Numbered from the stretch's first letter, positions 29,933-40,220 are shown. The stretch: DNA of 64,000 nucleotides from Candidatus Micrarchaeota archaeon (GCA_043812915.1 JBDRLQ010000003.1:160001-224000); one strand, 5' to 3'. The notes: a model not told the origin generated them from the sequence alone. Translations and numbers: made by a program.

Positions 29933-30315
29933 ATTCTGCCAAGCGAAATCCGCTCCAGCGCGAGCGGCTCGGCCTTTTTCTTCATATTGAGGGGCTTCTC
30001 CCTCATTTTCAGTTTATTCAGATCCATCCCTCCCTTGAGGAACACCAGCAGGAAATCCTTCCCGCTCTCCGCGCCCGTTGCCTTCAGCGCGCGCCTTATA
30101 TCCGTCTTCCCGGAGAGCCAGAGCAGGAATTCATACTTCAGTTTCTTGGCGATATTCCTCTTCTTCTCAAAGGCGTCGCTGGCCAGGTGGAGGGCGAGCA
30201 TGAGCTCCTCATCGGACTGCACGCAGTCCGGCCGTATCGCAACTGCTTCCTCGTCAATGAGAAGCCCCTCGATTTCCTCAGCCGAAAGGGAGCTTGACGC
30301 CTTGAGCACTATCAT
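29929..30315 (-). CDS. cgi121: KEOPS complex subunit Cgi121
   Basis: AFEKKRNIAKKLKYEFLLWLSGKTDIRRALK, C-terminal ALERISL. Confidence 0.8.
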   Translation of the reverse strand: MIVLKASSSLSAEEIEGLLIDEEAVAIRPDCVQSDEELMLALHLASDAFEKKRNIAKKLKYEFLLWLSGKTDIRRALKATGAESGKDFLLVFLKGGMDLNKLKMREKPLNMKKKAEPLALERISLGRI

Positions 30316-30406
30316 AACTGGATTCCACCGTATTTTCGTCCTATGACAATGTTTTAAAATCTCTCCAATCAATAGCAATAGCTACCAACTTCTATAAGTG
30401 ATAATT

Positions 30407-30790
30407 ATGGATGAGTATCATAGACCTCATGGCAAGAAAGTAGGCTCCGGAACCGGAGGCCGAAGAAGGAAGGCAAGGGACAAGAAGCTCTCCCATATCG
30501 GGGGCGTATTCAGCGCGACCAAGGTCAGCCCCAAGGATGTCCGCAAGGAGAAACGGACAAGGGGTGGCAACCGCGGCATCAAGCTCAAGAAGGCCGCATT
30601 GGTCAATGTCATCACGAAAGAAGGCGGCAAGAAGACTGAGATTGTTCGTGTCATCGAGAGCCACAATCCAGAATTCGTGAGAACCAACACCATCACAAAG
30701 GGCGCGGTTTTAGAAACCAAGCTCGGGAAAGTGAGGGTGACCAACCGCGTCGGGCAGGATGGAGTTGTGAACGGCGTTCTCTTGGCTTAA
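30407..30790 (+). CDS. rps8e: 30S ribosomal protein S8e
   Basis: TGGRRR, RTRGGN, NTITKGAVLET, VTNRVGQDGVVNGVL. Confidence 0.95.
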   Translation: MDEYHRPHGKKVGSGTGGRRRKARDKKLSHIGGVFSATKVSPKDVRKEKRTRGGNRGIKLKKAALVNVITKEGGKKTEIVRVIESHNPEFVRTNTITKGAVLETKLGKVRVTNRVGQDGVVNGVLLA

Positions 30791-30820
30791 TGTTTCCTTT
30801 TTACTTTCTTTTTGGGCTTT

Positions 30821-32857
30821 TCAGCTGATTTTCCCATCCTTTATCTTGGTGGTCTTGAGCCTCTGCCCTCCGGCTGAGAGCGCCTTCCCTTCCGCCAGGG
30901 CCAGGTAGTCCTTTACTTCAAGCTTCACTTTGCCGAATTCCTTGAACGAGATATGCCCCTTCGGCTTGCTTTCTATTCCTTCCGCTGTAATCTTGTCGCC
31001 GACTTTAGCGTCCTTGCAGTCAAAGACTTCCACCATGTCTCCTTCCGTATCTGCGACAAGCAGCATCCCCTGTGATTCCACCCCGCGCAGCTTTGCCGGC
31101 AGCAGGTTGCGCAGCACCACAATCCTCTTTCCTAAAAGCTGCTCCTCGCTGTAGTGTGGAACGAGCCCGGAAACAATCTGGATTTCCCCATCGCCGAGCC
31201 TCACTTTCTCTATGTAGAGCTTCTCGGCGTCAGGATGCCTCTCGATAGCAGTGATTTCGCCGACTTCAAGGTCAAGGTCTAAGAAAGATACGACTGGGGT
31301 TTTTGGGGCGTCCTTCTCCTGAATCTCTTTTGGGTCAAGCTTCGTGAAGAGTATTTTTGCATCCCCGACCGGATGGCCGCTATGAACTGACATATCCCCA
31401 AGGTTATTCCATTCCTGCGCCTTGATATTCAGCTGCGAGAAAATCCCATTTGACGTGTGTGGCATGTATGGCGCTACTAATATTGCCGCGTCCTTGACCT
31501 GGTTTATAAGAACATACAGGAGAGTTCCCGCCCTTTCCTTATCACTCTTCACAGCCTCCCATGGCTTGTTGTCCTGGAAGTATTTGTTCGTGTTTTTCGT
31601 GAAGTGCATTATGTGCTGCAGCGCTTCTTTCAGTTCCATATCATCGAGAAGCCCAGTCACTGTTTGGATCGTTTTTTTCTGGGCTTTGAGGAATTCCTCA
31701 TCCACGTCCTGAAGCCTGCCCTCCGGCACTTTCCCGTCAAAGTTGTTCTTGAGGAAAACCATGGTCCTATTTACAAGATTCCCCAGGTTCGCAAGCAATT
31801 CGGTGTTATTCTTCTCAACCAATGCCTTTTCCGAGAAATCCCCGTCGTCGAAGGTAGGGACCTCGCTGAGAAGGCAATATCTGAGCGGGTCGACGCCATA
31901 TGTTTTCGTAAGGAAAAAAGGATCTATGATATTGCCAAGGCTTTTGCTCATTTTCTGTCCTTCAACCGTGATGTATCCATGCACGAAAATCGTTTTTGGC
32001 AATTCCAAGCCCGCGGACAACAGAATTGCCGGCCAATACACTGCGTGGAATCTCAGAATTCCCTTCCCTATTACATGAACGTCTGCTGGCCAGTATCCCC
32101 CGAATTTTTCATCATCGGTTCCATACCCTATCCCTGTGAGATAGGTGCCCAAGGCATCAAACCAGACATACTCGATTTGGGTAGGGTCATTTGGGACTGG
32201 CACCCCCCATCCTTTTGCCCGTTTTATTGATCTGGAGATGCTGAAATCCTTCAGACCGCCCCTGATGAAGCTTAGAACCTCATTTTTTCTGCTTTTTGGA
32301 AGAATCTGGAGTTTGCCACTCTCGATGAGATCTACCAATTTGTCCTGGTATTTCGAGAGCTTGAAGAAATAATTTTCCTCCTCTACAATCTCCGGTTTTT
32401 TGCCATGCTCAGGACAAATCCCCCCTGGCAATTCTGATTCTTCATAGAAGGCCTCGCAACCCACGCAATATAACCCTCTGTATTTTTTCTTGTAAATATC
32501 TCCGGATTTATCGCAAAGCGTCCAGAGCCGTTGCACTCCTGGCCAATGCCTTTTTCTATCCGAGGTTCTTCTGAAAGAAGTGAAGTTCAGGTTAATATCA
32601 GAGGCCATTTTTTTGAATATTGCAGCGTTATTATCACACAGCTCCGAGGGCGTAATGCCCAGTTTTTCTGCGGCATTTACATTTTTCAGGCTGTTCTCGT
32701 CCGCTCCGGTTACAAGTTCCATCTCTTTTCCAAGCATTTTTTGATACCTGGCAATAACATCTGTCTGCACAAATTCCAAGGCATGCCCCAGATGGGGTGC
32801 CGCATTCACGTATGGTATAGCGGTAGTTATGTAAAACTTATTTTTTTCATTTTTCAT
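30821..32857 (-). CDS. metG: Methionyl-tRNA synthetase (single-knuckle MetRS1 type) with C-terminal Trbp111-like OB domain
   Basis: TTAIPYVNAAPHLGH, CVGC...CPEH, YVWFDAL, KMSKS, HPDAEKLY...KLRGVESQGMLL. Confidence 0.96.
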   Translation of the reverse strand: MKNEKNKFYITTAIPYVNAAPHLGHALEFVQTDVIARYQKMLGKEMELVTGADENSLKNVNAAEKLGITPSELCDNNAAIFKKMASDINLNFTSFRRTSDRKRHWPGVQRLWTLCDKSGDIYKKKYRGLYCVGCEAFYEESELPGGICPEHGKKPEIVEEENYFFKLSKYQDKLVDLIESGKLQILPKSRKNEVLSFIRGGLKDFSISRSIKRAKGWGVPVPNDPTQIEYVWFDALGTYLTGIGYGTDDEKFGGYWPADVHVIGKGILRFHAVYWPAILLSAGLELPKTIFVHGYITVEGQKMSKSLGNIIDPFFLTKTYGVDPLRYCLLSEVPTFDDGDFSEKALVEKNNTELLANLGNLVNRTMVFLKNNFDGKVPEGRLQDVDEEFLKAQKKTIQTVTGLLDDMELKEALQHIMHFTKNTNKYFQDNKPWEAVKSDKERAGTLLYVLINQVKDAAILVAPYMPHTSNGIFSQLNIKAQEWNNLGDMSVHSGHPVGDAKILFTKLDPKEIQEKDAPKTPVVSFLDLDLEVGEITAIERHPDAEKLYIEKVRLGDGEIQIVSGLVPHYSEEQLLGKRIVVLRNLLPAKLRGVESQGMLLVADTEGDMVEVFDCKDAKVGDKITAEGIESKPKGHISFKEFGKVKLEVKDYLALAEGKALSAGGQRLKTTKIKDGKIS

Positions 32858-32949
32858 TGGAGCCACCAATTCATCTGCTTTCACTTGAACTATCTTAATC
32901 TGTGAATCCTTTAAAAACATTCCAATTGATACATATTTGTGTATTTATT

Positions 32950-33528
32950 ATGACAGGAAAACTTAATGGCTCAGCAATTTTCATGCGCCTGGGGAATCAT
33001 AAGCGGGCCGCAAAGCCGAGGCTGGTCAGCGCACTTCAGCTCACATGCCACACTATCGAGGCGGTTGAATCCAGGGTCGCCGAGATGACTGCGGTGGCCG
33101 ACGCATTCTGCGGAAAAGGAATATCGGACTGCGACCTTGCCTCATACGCAGTCCTTTTCAGGGACTCGGAAACTGCCGCTGAAAAGCGTGAGCAGATGAT
33201 CGAGCGAATCCGGCAGTTCGGATTCGGGCCATGCAAGGCCGGGAAAATGGCCGATGCGATTGTAACAAGCGCTTCCATGGCCGGAGTGGTCCCTGACATC
33301 TCGAATCTTGACATCCTCTTCACAATGGTTGTTGCCGCCCTGGATAGCAACGTTCCTGGCCGCGCGGTCTGCGAGGCAATCCAGGCGAACGATGGAAATC
33401 TCGCCCTGCGGTGCTTTGCAGTCTCCTGCCTGGAGCGTGCCCGGAGCAGAGGGAATGAGCCTGACATCCGTGAGGATGACCTGGTTTCTCTCCTTTCCTT
33501 TGCGGTTGCAGCCATACAGAAGGCTTAG
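32950..33528 (+). CDS. Hypothetical helical protein
   Basis: ORF divergent from metG behind an AT-rich promoter; no family recognised. Confidence 0.55.
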   Translation: MTGKLNGSAIFMRLGNHKRAAKPRLVSALQLTCHTIEAVESRVAEMTAVADAFCGKGISDCDLASYAVLFRDSETAAEKREQMIERIRQFGFGPCKAGKMADAIVTSASMAGVVPDISNLDILFTMVVAALDSNVPGRAVCEAIQANDGNLALRCFAVSCLERARSRGNEPDIREDDLVSLLSFAVAAIQKA

Positions 33529-33599
33529 GGGCAGGCTTTTATTGATTCCGCTCTTAATATTTCTAATCAATATTATTCTTATAGGAATGGGGTGGCGAA

Positions 33600-34157
33600 A
33601 TGAGAGGACCCTATGCAAGTCTAGGGAGGATATCCAAGATGAGGAAAGGCCTGGGATTAACGCAGAAGCAGCTTGCGGACCTTTCCGGAGTATCACAATC
33701 ACTGGTTGCTAAAATCGAATCCGGAAAAATCGATCCGGCATATTCAAAGGTGATTCAGATACTATCGGCACTGGAAGGGGCGCAGAAGACGGAGCGGAAA
33801 AGCGCGGAGGAGATAATGACTTCGAGCATTTTCTCCGTGGCGCCTTCCGACACTCTTGAAAAGGCGATAAAGCTGATGCACAAGAACGACATCTCGCAGG
33901 TTCCTGTGCTCGAGTCTGGCAAGTGCGTTGGCAGCCTTTCGGACAGCATGCTTGTGGAGCTGGTCTCTGAAAAGGGCACGAACCTGAAGTCCGTGCTCGT
34001 TGCGGAAGTGATGGTGGAGAGCTTCCCGGTAATCCCTGCCAAATCCGTGATGGATGTGTGCGCGGACCTGCTCAAGCACTACTCGGCGGTGCTGATTGAG
34101 AAAAACGGGAAGCTTGCTGGGATAATTACAAAGGCGGACTTCCTGAAGGCGGTATGA
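33600..34157 (+). CDS. XRE-type HTH transcriptional regulator with tandem CBS domains
   Basis: RKGLGLTQKQLADLSGVSQSLVAKIESGKIDP, then CBS pair (ISQVPV, GIITKADFL). Confidence 0.92.
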   Translation: MRGPYASLGRISKMRKGLGLTQKQLADLSGVSQSLVAKIESGKIDPAYSKVIQILSALEGAQKTERKSAEEIMTSSIFSVAPSDTLEKAIKLMHKNDISQVPVLESGKCVGSLSDSMLVELVSEKGTNLKSVLVAEVMVESFPVIPAKSVMDVCADLLKHYSAVLIEKNGKLAGIITKADFLKAV

Positions 34158-35362
34158 TGCTCACTTTTCTTTCCAAGACCCCTGGCATCGGAGGCACCCT
34201 GAAGAAGGAGCCCGCGGACTTCCTTGTTGAGGAAATCCTGCCGGATGGTACAGTGCTTGAGCTTGACCGAGAAATTATCCTTCCTGATGAAGAAGGGCAG
34301 TTCGTCCATTTCGTGCTGCAGAAGCGCGACTGGGCAACCGCCAATGCCCTCAAGACAATCGCAAAGAAGCTGGGAATCAGCCACAAGCGCATGGGCCAGG
34401 CGGGAACCAAGGACAAGCGCGCGGTGACAACCCAGCGCATATCCGCATTCTCAGTTCCCAAGGACCGGCTGCTCGGAATCCGGATAAAGGACATGAAGGT
34501 GAATGGGGCATGGACCGCGCAGGACAAGGTCAGGCTTGGAGAACTTCTTGGAAACCGTTTCACGATAAAGGTGAGTGATGCCGATGGGGATGTTGTTGGC
34601 GCAGTTGAAAAAATCTCCAAAGAGCTCAATGGAAGGTTTCCCAACTATTTCGGCTCTCAAAGGTTCGGGACGACAAGGAAGAACACACACATCGTTGGGG
34701 AGCATATCCTCCGGAACCGCTTCGACAAGGCTGCAATGGCATTCCTTTCTGATTATGAGGGCGAGGAGCATGAAGGCGCAAGGGAGGCAAGGAAAGGTCT
34801 TGCTGAGGATTTTGATTTCCAGAAAGCGCTGCAGTCATTCCCGAAGCACCTGATGATGGAGCGCTCGATGCTTGCCCACCTGGCGAAAAGCCCCAATGAT
34901 TTCGCGAACGCCTTCAGGAAGCTGCCAAGAAGCATACTCCTGCTCTTTGTGCACGCCTTCCAGTCTCATCTTTTCAATAAACTGCTCTCAGAGCGCTTGG
35001 ATGAGATGCAGAAGGATGGCTCGGATGAATTGAGATCAGAGGAAGGGGAATTCTTCTGCGGCGAAAAGCACGGATTGCCGGATTTGGAGAACAAACAGCA
35101 GTCCGGATGGCTGGCGGGAAAGCTAATTGGCTATGAGAGCCGGCCCAATGAGCGCGAGCAGATGCTGCTGGATGAACTGAGAGTCAGGGTGGATGATTTC
35201 AAGGTGAGGGGGATACCGGAAATAGGCTCGAAAGGGGGCTTCAGGACATTCTTCTCCCCGCTAAAGGATTTCACTTTCAATGGGGGCACATTCCGGTTTT
35301 CATTGGGCTCCGGATGCTATGCCACGATGGCCCTGCGGGAATTCATCGACATCAATAAATAG
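34154..35362 (+). CDS. truD: tRNA pseudouridine(13) synthase TruD
   Basis: DFLVEE, AGTKDKRAVTTQ, GNRFTI, FPNYFGSQRFG, GCYATMALRE. Confidence 0.96.
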   Translation: MMLTFLSKTPGIGGTLKKEPADFLVEEILPDGTVLELDREIILPDEEGQFVHFVLQKRDWATANALKTIAKKLGISHKRMGQAGTKDKRAVTTQRISAFSVPKDRLLGIRIKDMKVNGAWTAQDKVRLGELLGNRFTIKVSDADGDVVGAVEKISKELNGRFPNYFGSQRFGTTRKNTHIVGEHILRNRFDKAAMAFLSDYEGEEHEGAREARKGLAEDFDFQKALQSFPKHLMMERSMLAHLAKSPNDFANAFRKLPRSILLLFVHAFQSHLFNKLLSERLDEMQKDGSDELRSEEGEFFCGEKHGLPDLENKQQSGWLAGKLIGYESRPNEREQMLLDELRVRVDDFKVRGIPEIGSKGGFRTFFSPLKDFTFNGGTFRFSLGSGCYATMALREFIDINK

Positions 35363-35382
35363 ATTTCAATGGTGATTCAATC

Positions 35383-36462
35383 ATGGAAGAGGAGGGAATA
35401 CGCTTCACCGTCGGGAAAAAGGTTTTCTACAACCCCAACATGAACTTCTGCAGGAGCATGTCCAGCCTGGCTGTCGGCGCGATCGGGGGCGAGCTTGAGC
35501 TGTGCGACGCGTTCTCGGCAAGCGGAATACGGGGGATTAGGTACGCCAAGGAGAATCCCAGCGTGAAATCGGTCACTTTCATTGACATAGATGCCGCGGC
35601 CATAAGGAATGTGAAGGCCAACGCGAAGAAGAACAATGTGAAATACAAGGCGGTAAGGGAGAACATCTCCAGGGCGGTATTCGACGTCGCCGCGGATTTT
35701 CTTGAAATAGACCCTTTCGGAAGCCCGTCGCCCTACCTGTATGATGCGTTCAGGGTATTCAATCCGTTCAAGAAAGCGTATCTCTCCGTCACAGCCACGG
35801 ATGTGGCGGTCCTCTGCGGGGGGAAGACAAAGCCCTGCCTGAAGAACTATCATTCAACCCCGCTCAACAATGAGTTCACCCACGAGACTGGCATGCGCAT
35901 AATGGTGAAGAAGGTTGCCGAAGTCGCGGCTGAATTCAACATGGGCATCTTCCCCCTGGTTTCCTTCTCGGACCGGCACTACCTCAAGAGCATCATGGAG
36001 GTGCGCCGGGGCGCCGAGCTCGCGCATCTGGCGATGGGTTCCCTGGGTCATATAGATTTCTGCCAGAATTGCGGAAATCGGAACGCGGCAAAGTTTCCGT
36101 CTGAGAAATGCCAGCTGTGCAAAAAGGGCATGGAATATGCGGGCCCCCTATGGCTTGGGGAACTGCAGGACAAGGCATTCATAAGTAGCATGGCCAAGCT
36201 TAATGCGGAAAGGGGCTACAGCCAGAAGCGTGAAATCGCTAAGATGCTCGATTTGCTCGAGCGCGAAGCAGGGCTCCCTCCCTACTATTATAATATCCAT
36301 ACGCTCTGCCGGAGATACGGCAACGGGGACATCCCGAAGAGCGAGGAACTGCTCGGTAAAATACGGGGGAAAGGCTATATTGCAGAGAGAACCCACTACT
36401 CCAATGTCTCAGTGAAGACTGATGCCCCCTTTAGGGTGCTTAAATCAATATTCGGAAAGTGA
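35383..36462 (+). CDS. trm1: tRNA (guanine26-N2)-dimethyltransferase Trm1
   Basis: VFYNP, SASGIRGIRY, IDPFGSP, VTATD, GPLWLGEL, Zn finger. Confidence 0.95.
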   Translation: MEEEGIRFTVGKKVFYNPNMNFCRSMSSLAVGAIGGELELCDAFSASGIRGIRYAKENPSVKSVTFIDIDAAAIRNVKANAKKNNVKYKAVRENISRAVFDVAADFLEIDPFGSPSPYLYDAFRVFNPFKKAYLSVTATDVAVLCGGKTKPCLKNYHSTPLNNEFTHETGMRIMVKKVAEVAAEFNMGIFPLVSFSDRHYLKSIMEVRRGAELAHLAMGSLGHIDFCQNCGNRNAAKFPSEKCQLCKKGMEYAGPLWLGELQDKAFISSMAKLNAERGYSQKREIAKMLDLLEREAGLPPYYYNIHTLCRRYGNGDIPKSEELLGKIRGKGYIAERTHYSNVSVKTDAPFRVLKSIFGK

Positions 36463-36466
36463 GCGG

Positions 36467-37288
36467 ATGCAGGAGCACATTCTCAAGGGCACGGAAATCA
36501 CGCTGAACAAGAAGGCCGCCATCAGTTCGCCAATCGGCAGCGCAAGCTGCGCGGTCAGGCGCGGCCATGAAGTTTGCGGAGACTCAGCTTTCCTCTATTG
36601 CGATGATGACAATCTCATTTTCGGGGTATTCGACGGGGTCAGCGGCGAGCCTGGCGCTGACAGGGCATCGAGTGCCGCCGCGGCCGAGATCCTAAGGATA
36701 CTCAAGGGTTTAAAATCCCCGGGGGAAAAGGGGATGCGTGAAGCACTTACGGCGGCCCATGCTTCCCTCACCGATGGGTATACTACCGCTCTTGTCGTCT
36801 TCGTTGGTAAGGACGGGAGATTCGTTGCGGCCAGTGTCGGCGATTCCTCCCTCTATAGCATCGACATCAAAGGCAACATCTCGCTCGAAATGCCCCTTGG
36901 GAGGATTGTGAAGGAAGGGGATACCATTTTCCGCTTCATGAAGTTCAGGAACATAGTCAAGTCCGTGATCGGATGGAATGCAGGAGGGATGGAGATCCAG
37001 ATGCAGAGAGGTAAGCTCTCAGCAGGGGAGATCCTGATACTCTCTTCGGATTGCCTTCCGGATAATTTGGAGATTGAAGTCTCGGAATTCAATGTCGAGG
37101 ATGCCAGCGGAACCAGGGACCTCAAGGGAATAATCGGCAGGTCCAGATCCCCGGAAAAGATCCTCGACAAGATATATAAGGAGATCCGCGGGCGCATGTC
37201 CCTGGGGGGCAGGAAGCTGCGCGGCCAATTCATTCTCGAGCCAAAGCTCGATGATCTGGCAATACTCGTATTCAAGTATCTCGGGTGA
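36467..37288 (+). CDS. PP2C/PPM-family protein phosphatase
   Basis: CGDS, FGVFDGVSG, SVGDS, LSSDCLPDN, DDLAILV. Confidence 0.85.
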   Translation: MQEHILKGTEITLNKKAAISSPIGSASCAVRRGHEVCGDSAFLYCDDDNLIFGVFDGVSGEPGADRASSAAAAEILRILKGLKSPGEKGMREALTAAHASLTDGYTTALVVFVGKDGRFVAASVGDSSLYSIDIKGNISLEMPLGRIVKEGDTIFRFMKFRNIVKSVIGWNAGGMEIQMQRGKLSAGEILILSSDCLPDNLEIEVSEFNVEDASGTRDLKGIIGRSRSPEKILDKIYKEIRGRMSLGGRKLRGQFILEPKLDDLAILVFKYLG

Positions 37289-37295
37289 ACCGAAC

Positions 37296-38294
37296 ATGCA
37301 GAAAAATGTGTTATATCTTCTTTGTTTCCTGGGTCTGGCACTGATCTTCATGCCTGGCTGCGCTGGCCCTGCCCAACTTGGCAGCGGTGATTCTAGCATC
37401 GCAATCCAGGAAGAGCAATCTGTTTCGCACGAAGGCGCCTGGGGAATATATTCGCTGGATTTGTCAAGCGGGCAAACCCGCCTCGTCTTCTCCAGCGATG
37501 ATCCGATTGCCCATCTCTCGATGGATCCTACAGGTAATAGGCTTGCCTTCTCCCAGCGTATTGGGGCTGATGCGGATGACAATGAGGAGATATGCGTCAT
37601 CGGCATAGACGGCTCATCATATAATAGGCTTACGGACAATGATGTGCTTGATACGTATCCGTCCTGGTCCCCGGACGGCTCAAGGCTCGCGTTTCTACGC
37701 TGGGTCAATTCCTCGCTCGATATTTTCGTAATGGATTCCGATGGCCGGAACCCAAGGCTCCTGTACGGCTCAGATTATCATGATGCGGACGTCGATTGGG
37801 GGATCGGGGCGATCGCATTCACCAGGGAGAGCCAGGTCTGGGTGATGGGCGAGGATGGTGGCGGCGAGCGCCGATTGACAAGTCCTCCGAGAGCTGGCGA
37901 ATGGGGGAAAGCCAACCTGCCTTTCGGGGATTACGACCCGCGGATCAGCCCTGACGGGTCGAAGGTGGTCTTCGAGCGCCTGCTGGGCGATGATTCCCCC
38001 CATGGCAACTATGATATATTCATAATCAATACGGATGGAAGCGGCGAGCATGCCCTCACGGATTCGGGCTACAGCCAGGGGCTTCCTGAATGGTCCAATG
38101 ACGGGAGCAAGATCGCATATATAGTCGCTGCAATGGGAAATGCCGGAAAATACAGGATATACGCCATAGATTCTCTCGGGAGGAACATTGCCGATATCAC
38201 ACCGGGATACTTCCCGGCGGGATTCCTCTGCCATTCCGTGGTGTTCTCCAATGACGACTCGGAGGTATATTTTATTGGCCAATGGTGGGAGTGA
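37296..38294 (+). CDS. Lipoprotein with TolB-like (PD40) beta-propeller
   Basis: Signal peptide ending MPGC; repeats PSWSPDGSRLAF, PRISPDGSKVVF, PEWSNDGSKIAY. Confidence 0.88.
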   Translation: MQKNVLYLLCFLGLALIFMPGCAGPAQLGSGDSSIAIQEEQSVSHEGAWGIYSLDLSSGQTRLVFSSDDPIAHLSMDPTGNRLAFSQRIGADADDNEEICVIGIDGSSYNRLTDNDVLDTYPSWSPDGSRLAFLRWVNSSLDIFVMDSDGRNPRLLYGSDYHDADVDWGIGAIAFTRESQVWVMGEDGGGERRLTSPPRAGEWGKANLPFGDYDPRISPDGSKVVFERLLGDDSPHGNYDIFIINTDGSGEHALTDSGYSQGLPEWSNDGSKIAYIVAAMGNAGKYRIYAIDSLGRNIADITPGYFPAGFLCHSVVFSNDDSEVYFIGQWWE

Positions 38295-38366
38295 GCCTGG
38301 TATAGCTATAAATATGTTTTCATACACATTTCTACCTGCTTCTATTTGTATCTAAAGGTGATTATT

Positions 38367-39569
38367 TTGAACGAGGGTGGAAGCGTTCCGACGCCAAACG
38401 AGAATATACCAACGCCAGCAGAGACCGAGCCAGAGCCAGCACCGCAGCCGTCCCGAGAGCCAGCCCCTGATTCGGAGCCAGTCCGTACTGTGCAGGAGAG
38501 GAAGTTCGTGGAAGAGGCAACGCCCAAATCCAGCGACGATGAGGATATACTCAAGTTCATAGAGCAGACCGAGCAGAAGATTTACGTAGTCGGGGCAGGT
38601 GGAAGCGGTGGAAACACCCTGGACAGGCTATTCCAGATGGGTACGCAGGGCGTGTCTCTGATAGCCATGAACACTGATGCCAAGCACCTTCTCAAAGTGA
38701 GGTCAAACAAGAAGGTCATCCTGGGCAGGAAAGTGAGCGGCGGAAGGGGCGCTGGAAGCAATCCCCTAGTCGGGGAGGAATCCGCCAAGGAATCTATAGA
38801 GGAAATAAAGAAGAGCCTTGATGGCGCATCACTTGTATTCGTAACCTGCGGCCTGGGTGGCGGAACCGGAACCGGAAGCGCGCCGATAGTGGCCGAAACC
38901 GCAAAGGCGATGGGCGCTCTCACAGTCGCGGTGGTGACCCTTCCATTCGCTTCAGAGGGAAAAGTGAGGATGGAGAATGCTTTGGCAGGGCTGGACAAGC
39001 TCAAGAAGCACACCGACACGCTCATAGTAATCAAGAATGACAAGCTGCTCAACCTTGTCCCTGACCTTCCGCTGAACACGGCGTTCAAGGTCTGCGACGA
39101 GGTGCTTGCGAGCTCTGTCAAGGGAATCGCGGAACTGGTGACACGCTCTGGAATGATGAATGTGGACTTTGCGGACCTGAGGACGATTCTCAGCGACACC
39201 GGATTCGCGGTAATCGGAGTCGGCGAAGCTTCTCTCGACGCCAAGTCTCAGGATCGGGCAAGGATTGCGGTGGAGACCGCGCTCAATTCCCCCCTGCTTG
39301 ACGCTGACATAAGCACCGCGACCAAGGCGCTTATTAATGTCATCGGAGGAGAGGATATGACGCTCAAGGAGGCCGAATTCGTGGTCTCCGAGACTTCCAA
39401 GAGGATTAACGGCGAGGCGCACATAATCTGGGGTGCCAGGCTGGAAGAGAACATAAAAAAATCTTCCATGCGTGTACTGGTCGTCCTCGCGGGTGTTAGG
39501 TTCCCGAAATACGTCTTCAAGAACCCTGAAGTCGAAGTGGAGAACCTCGATCTGGACATAATAGGATGA
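38367..39569 (+). CDS. ftsZ: Cell division protein FtsZ (FtsZ1 gene context) with Pro/Glu-rich N-terminal tail
   Basis: GAGGSGGN, GAGSNP, GLGGGTGTG, NVDFADL; ftsZ-secE-spt5 order; TTG start after GGTGA. Confidence 0.96.
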   Translation: MNEGGSVPTPNENIPTPAETEPEPAPQPSREPAPDSEPVRTVQERKFVEEATPKSSDDEDILKFIEQTEQKIYVVGAGGSGGNTLDRLFQMGTQGVSLIAMNTDAKHLLKVRSNKKVILGRKVSGGRGAGSNPLVGEESAKESIEEIKKSLDGASLVFVTCGLGGGTGTGSAPIVAETAKAMGALTVAVVTLPFASEGKVRMENALAGLDKLKKHTDTLIVIKNDKLLNLVPDLPLNTAFKVCDEVLASSVKGIAELVTRSGMMNVDFADLRTILSDTGFAVIGVGEASLDAKSQDRARIAVETALNSPLLDADISTATKALINVIGGEDMTLKEAEFVVSETSKRINGEAHIIWGARLEENIKKSSMRVLVVLAGVRFPKYVFKNPEVEVENLDLDIIG

Positions 39570-39579
39570 TGGTGGTTAT

Positions 39580-39741
39580 TTGGAACTGAATGAACTTCTG
39601 AAACGGTGTGTGAGGATACTTCACATCTCCAGGAAGCCTACACCGGCCGAGTACAACAAGGTCGCCAAGGTTACTGCATTGGGAATGGTGGTCTTTGGCG
39701 CAATTGGACTGATAGTATCGGCGGTATTCGGTTTATTCTAA
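39580..39741 (+). CDS. secE: Protein translocase SecE/Sec61-gamma (53 aa, not in ORF track)
   Basis: Manual translation MELNELLKRCVRILHISRKPTPAEYNKVAKVTALGMVVFGAIGLIVSAVFGLF; RKP..EY motif; position. Confidence 0.92.
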   Translation: MELNELLKRCVRILHISRKPTPAEYNKVAKVTALGMVVFGAIGLIVSAVFGLF

Positions 39742-39755
39742 ATGAGGTGCTATAT

Positions 39756-40220
39756 TTGATACTGACAATACGTGTGACTTCCGGACAGGAAAAGATGCTT
39801 TCGGAGATACTCACTAAAAAGGCAAGAGCGGAGAAGCTCGATGTTTATTCGGTAGTCCATGTTGAGAATGTGAAGGGCTATCTCTTCGTGGAATGCGCCG
39901 AGGAGAATACCGTCGCCAAGCTCATCCAGAGGGTGAAGCATGTAAAGGGCTTCCTGAAGAAGCCAGTCACCATGGATGAAATCAAGGAGCTCATCAAGGC
40001 ATCCAAGAAGCCGGCGCTCATGGTCGAGGTCGGGGATATGATTGAGATGTCCTCAGGCCCGTTCAAGGGAGAGCGCGCCAAGGTGCTGAAAATTGATGAT
40101 GCCAAGGACGAGATTACCGTCGAGCTGACAGAAGTCGCGGTTCCTATACCGGTTACCGTGAAGAGCAAGATGGTAAAGCTCTTCCTGAAAGCGGGGGCAA
40201 GGGACGAGGAAAATTACTAA
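39756..40220 (+). CDS. spt5: Transcription elongation factor Spt5/NusG
   Basis: RVTSGQE, KGYLFVE, KOW motif GPFKGERAKV; TTG start after GAGGTG. Confidence 0.94.
   Translation: MILTIRVTSGQEKMLSEILTKKARAEKLDVYSVVHVENVKGYLFVECAEENTVAKLIQRVKHVKGFLKKPVTMDEIKELIKASKKPALMVEVGDMIEMSSGPFKGERAKVLKIDDAKDEITVELTEVAVPIPVTVKSKMVKLFLKAGARDEENY

Noticed and set aside
33420..33500. Histone-fold or AAA-lid resemblance in ERARSRGNEPDIREDDLVSLL
   Set aside because: Too short and generic to support a fold call
39606..39755. N-terminal extension of Spt5 in the ORF track
   Set aside because: This region encodes secE in another frame; spt5 has its own SD and TTG at 39756
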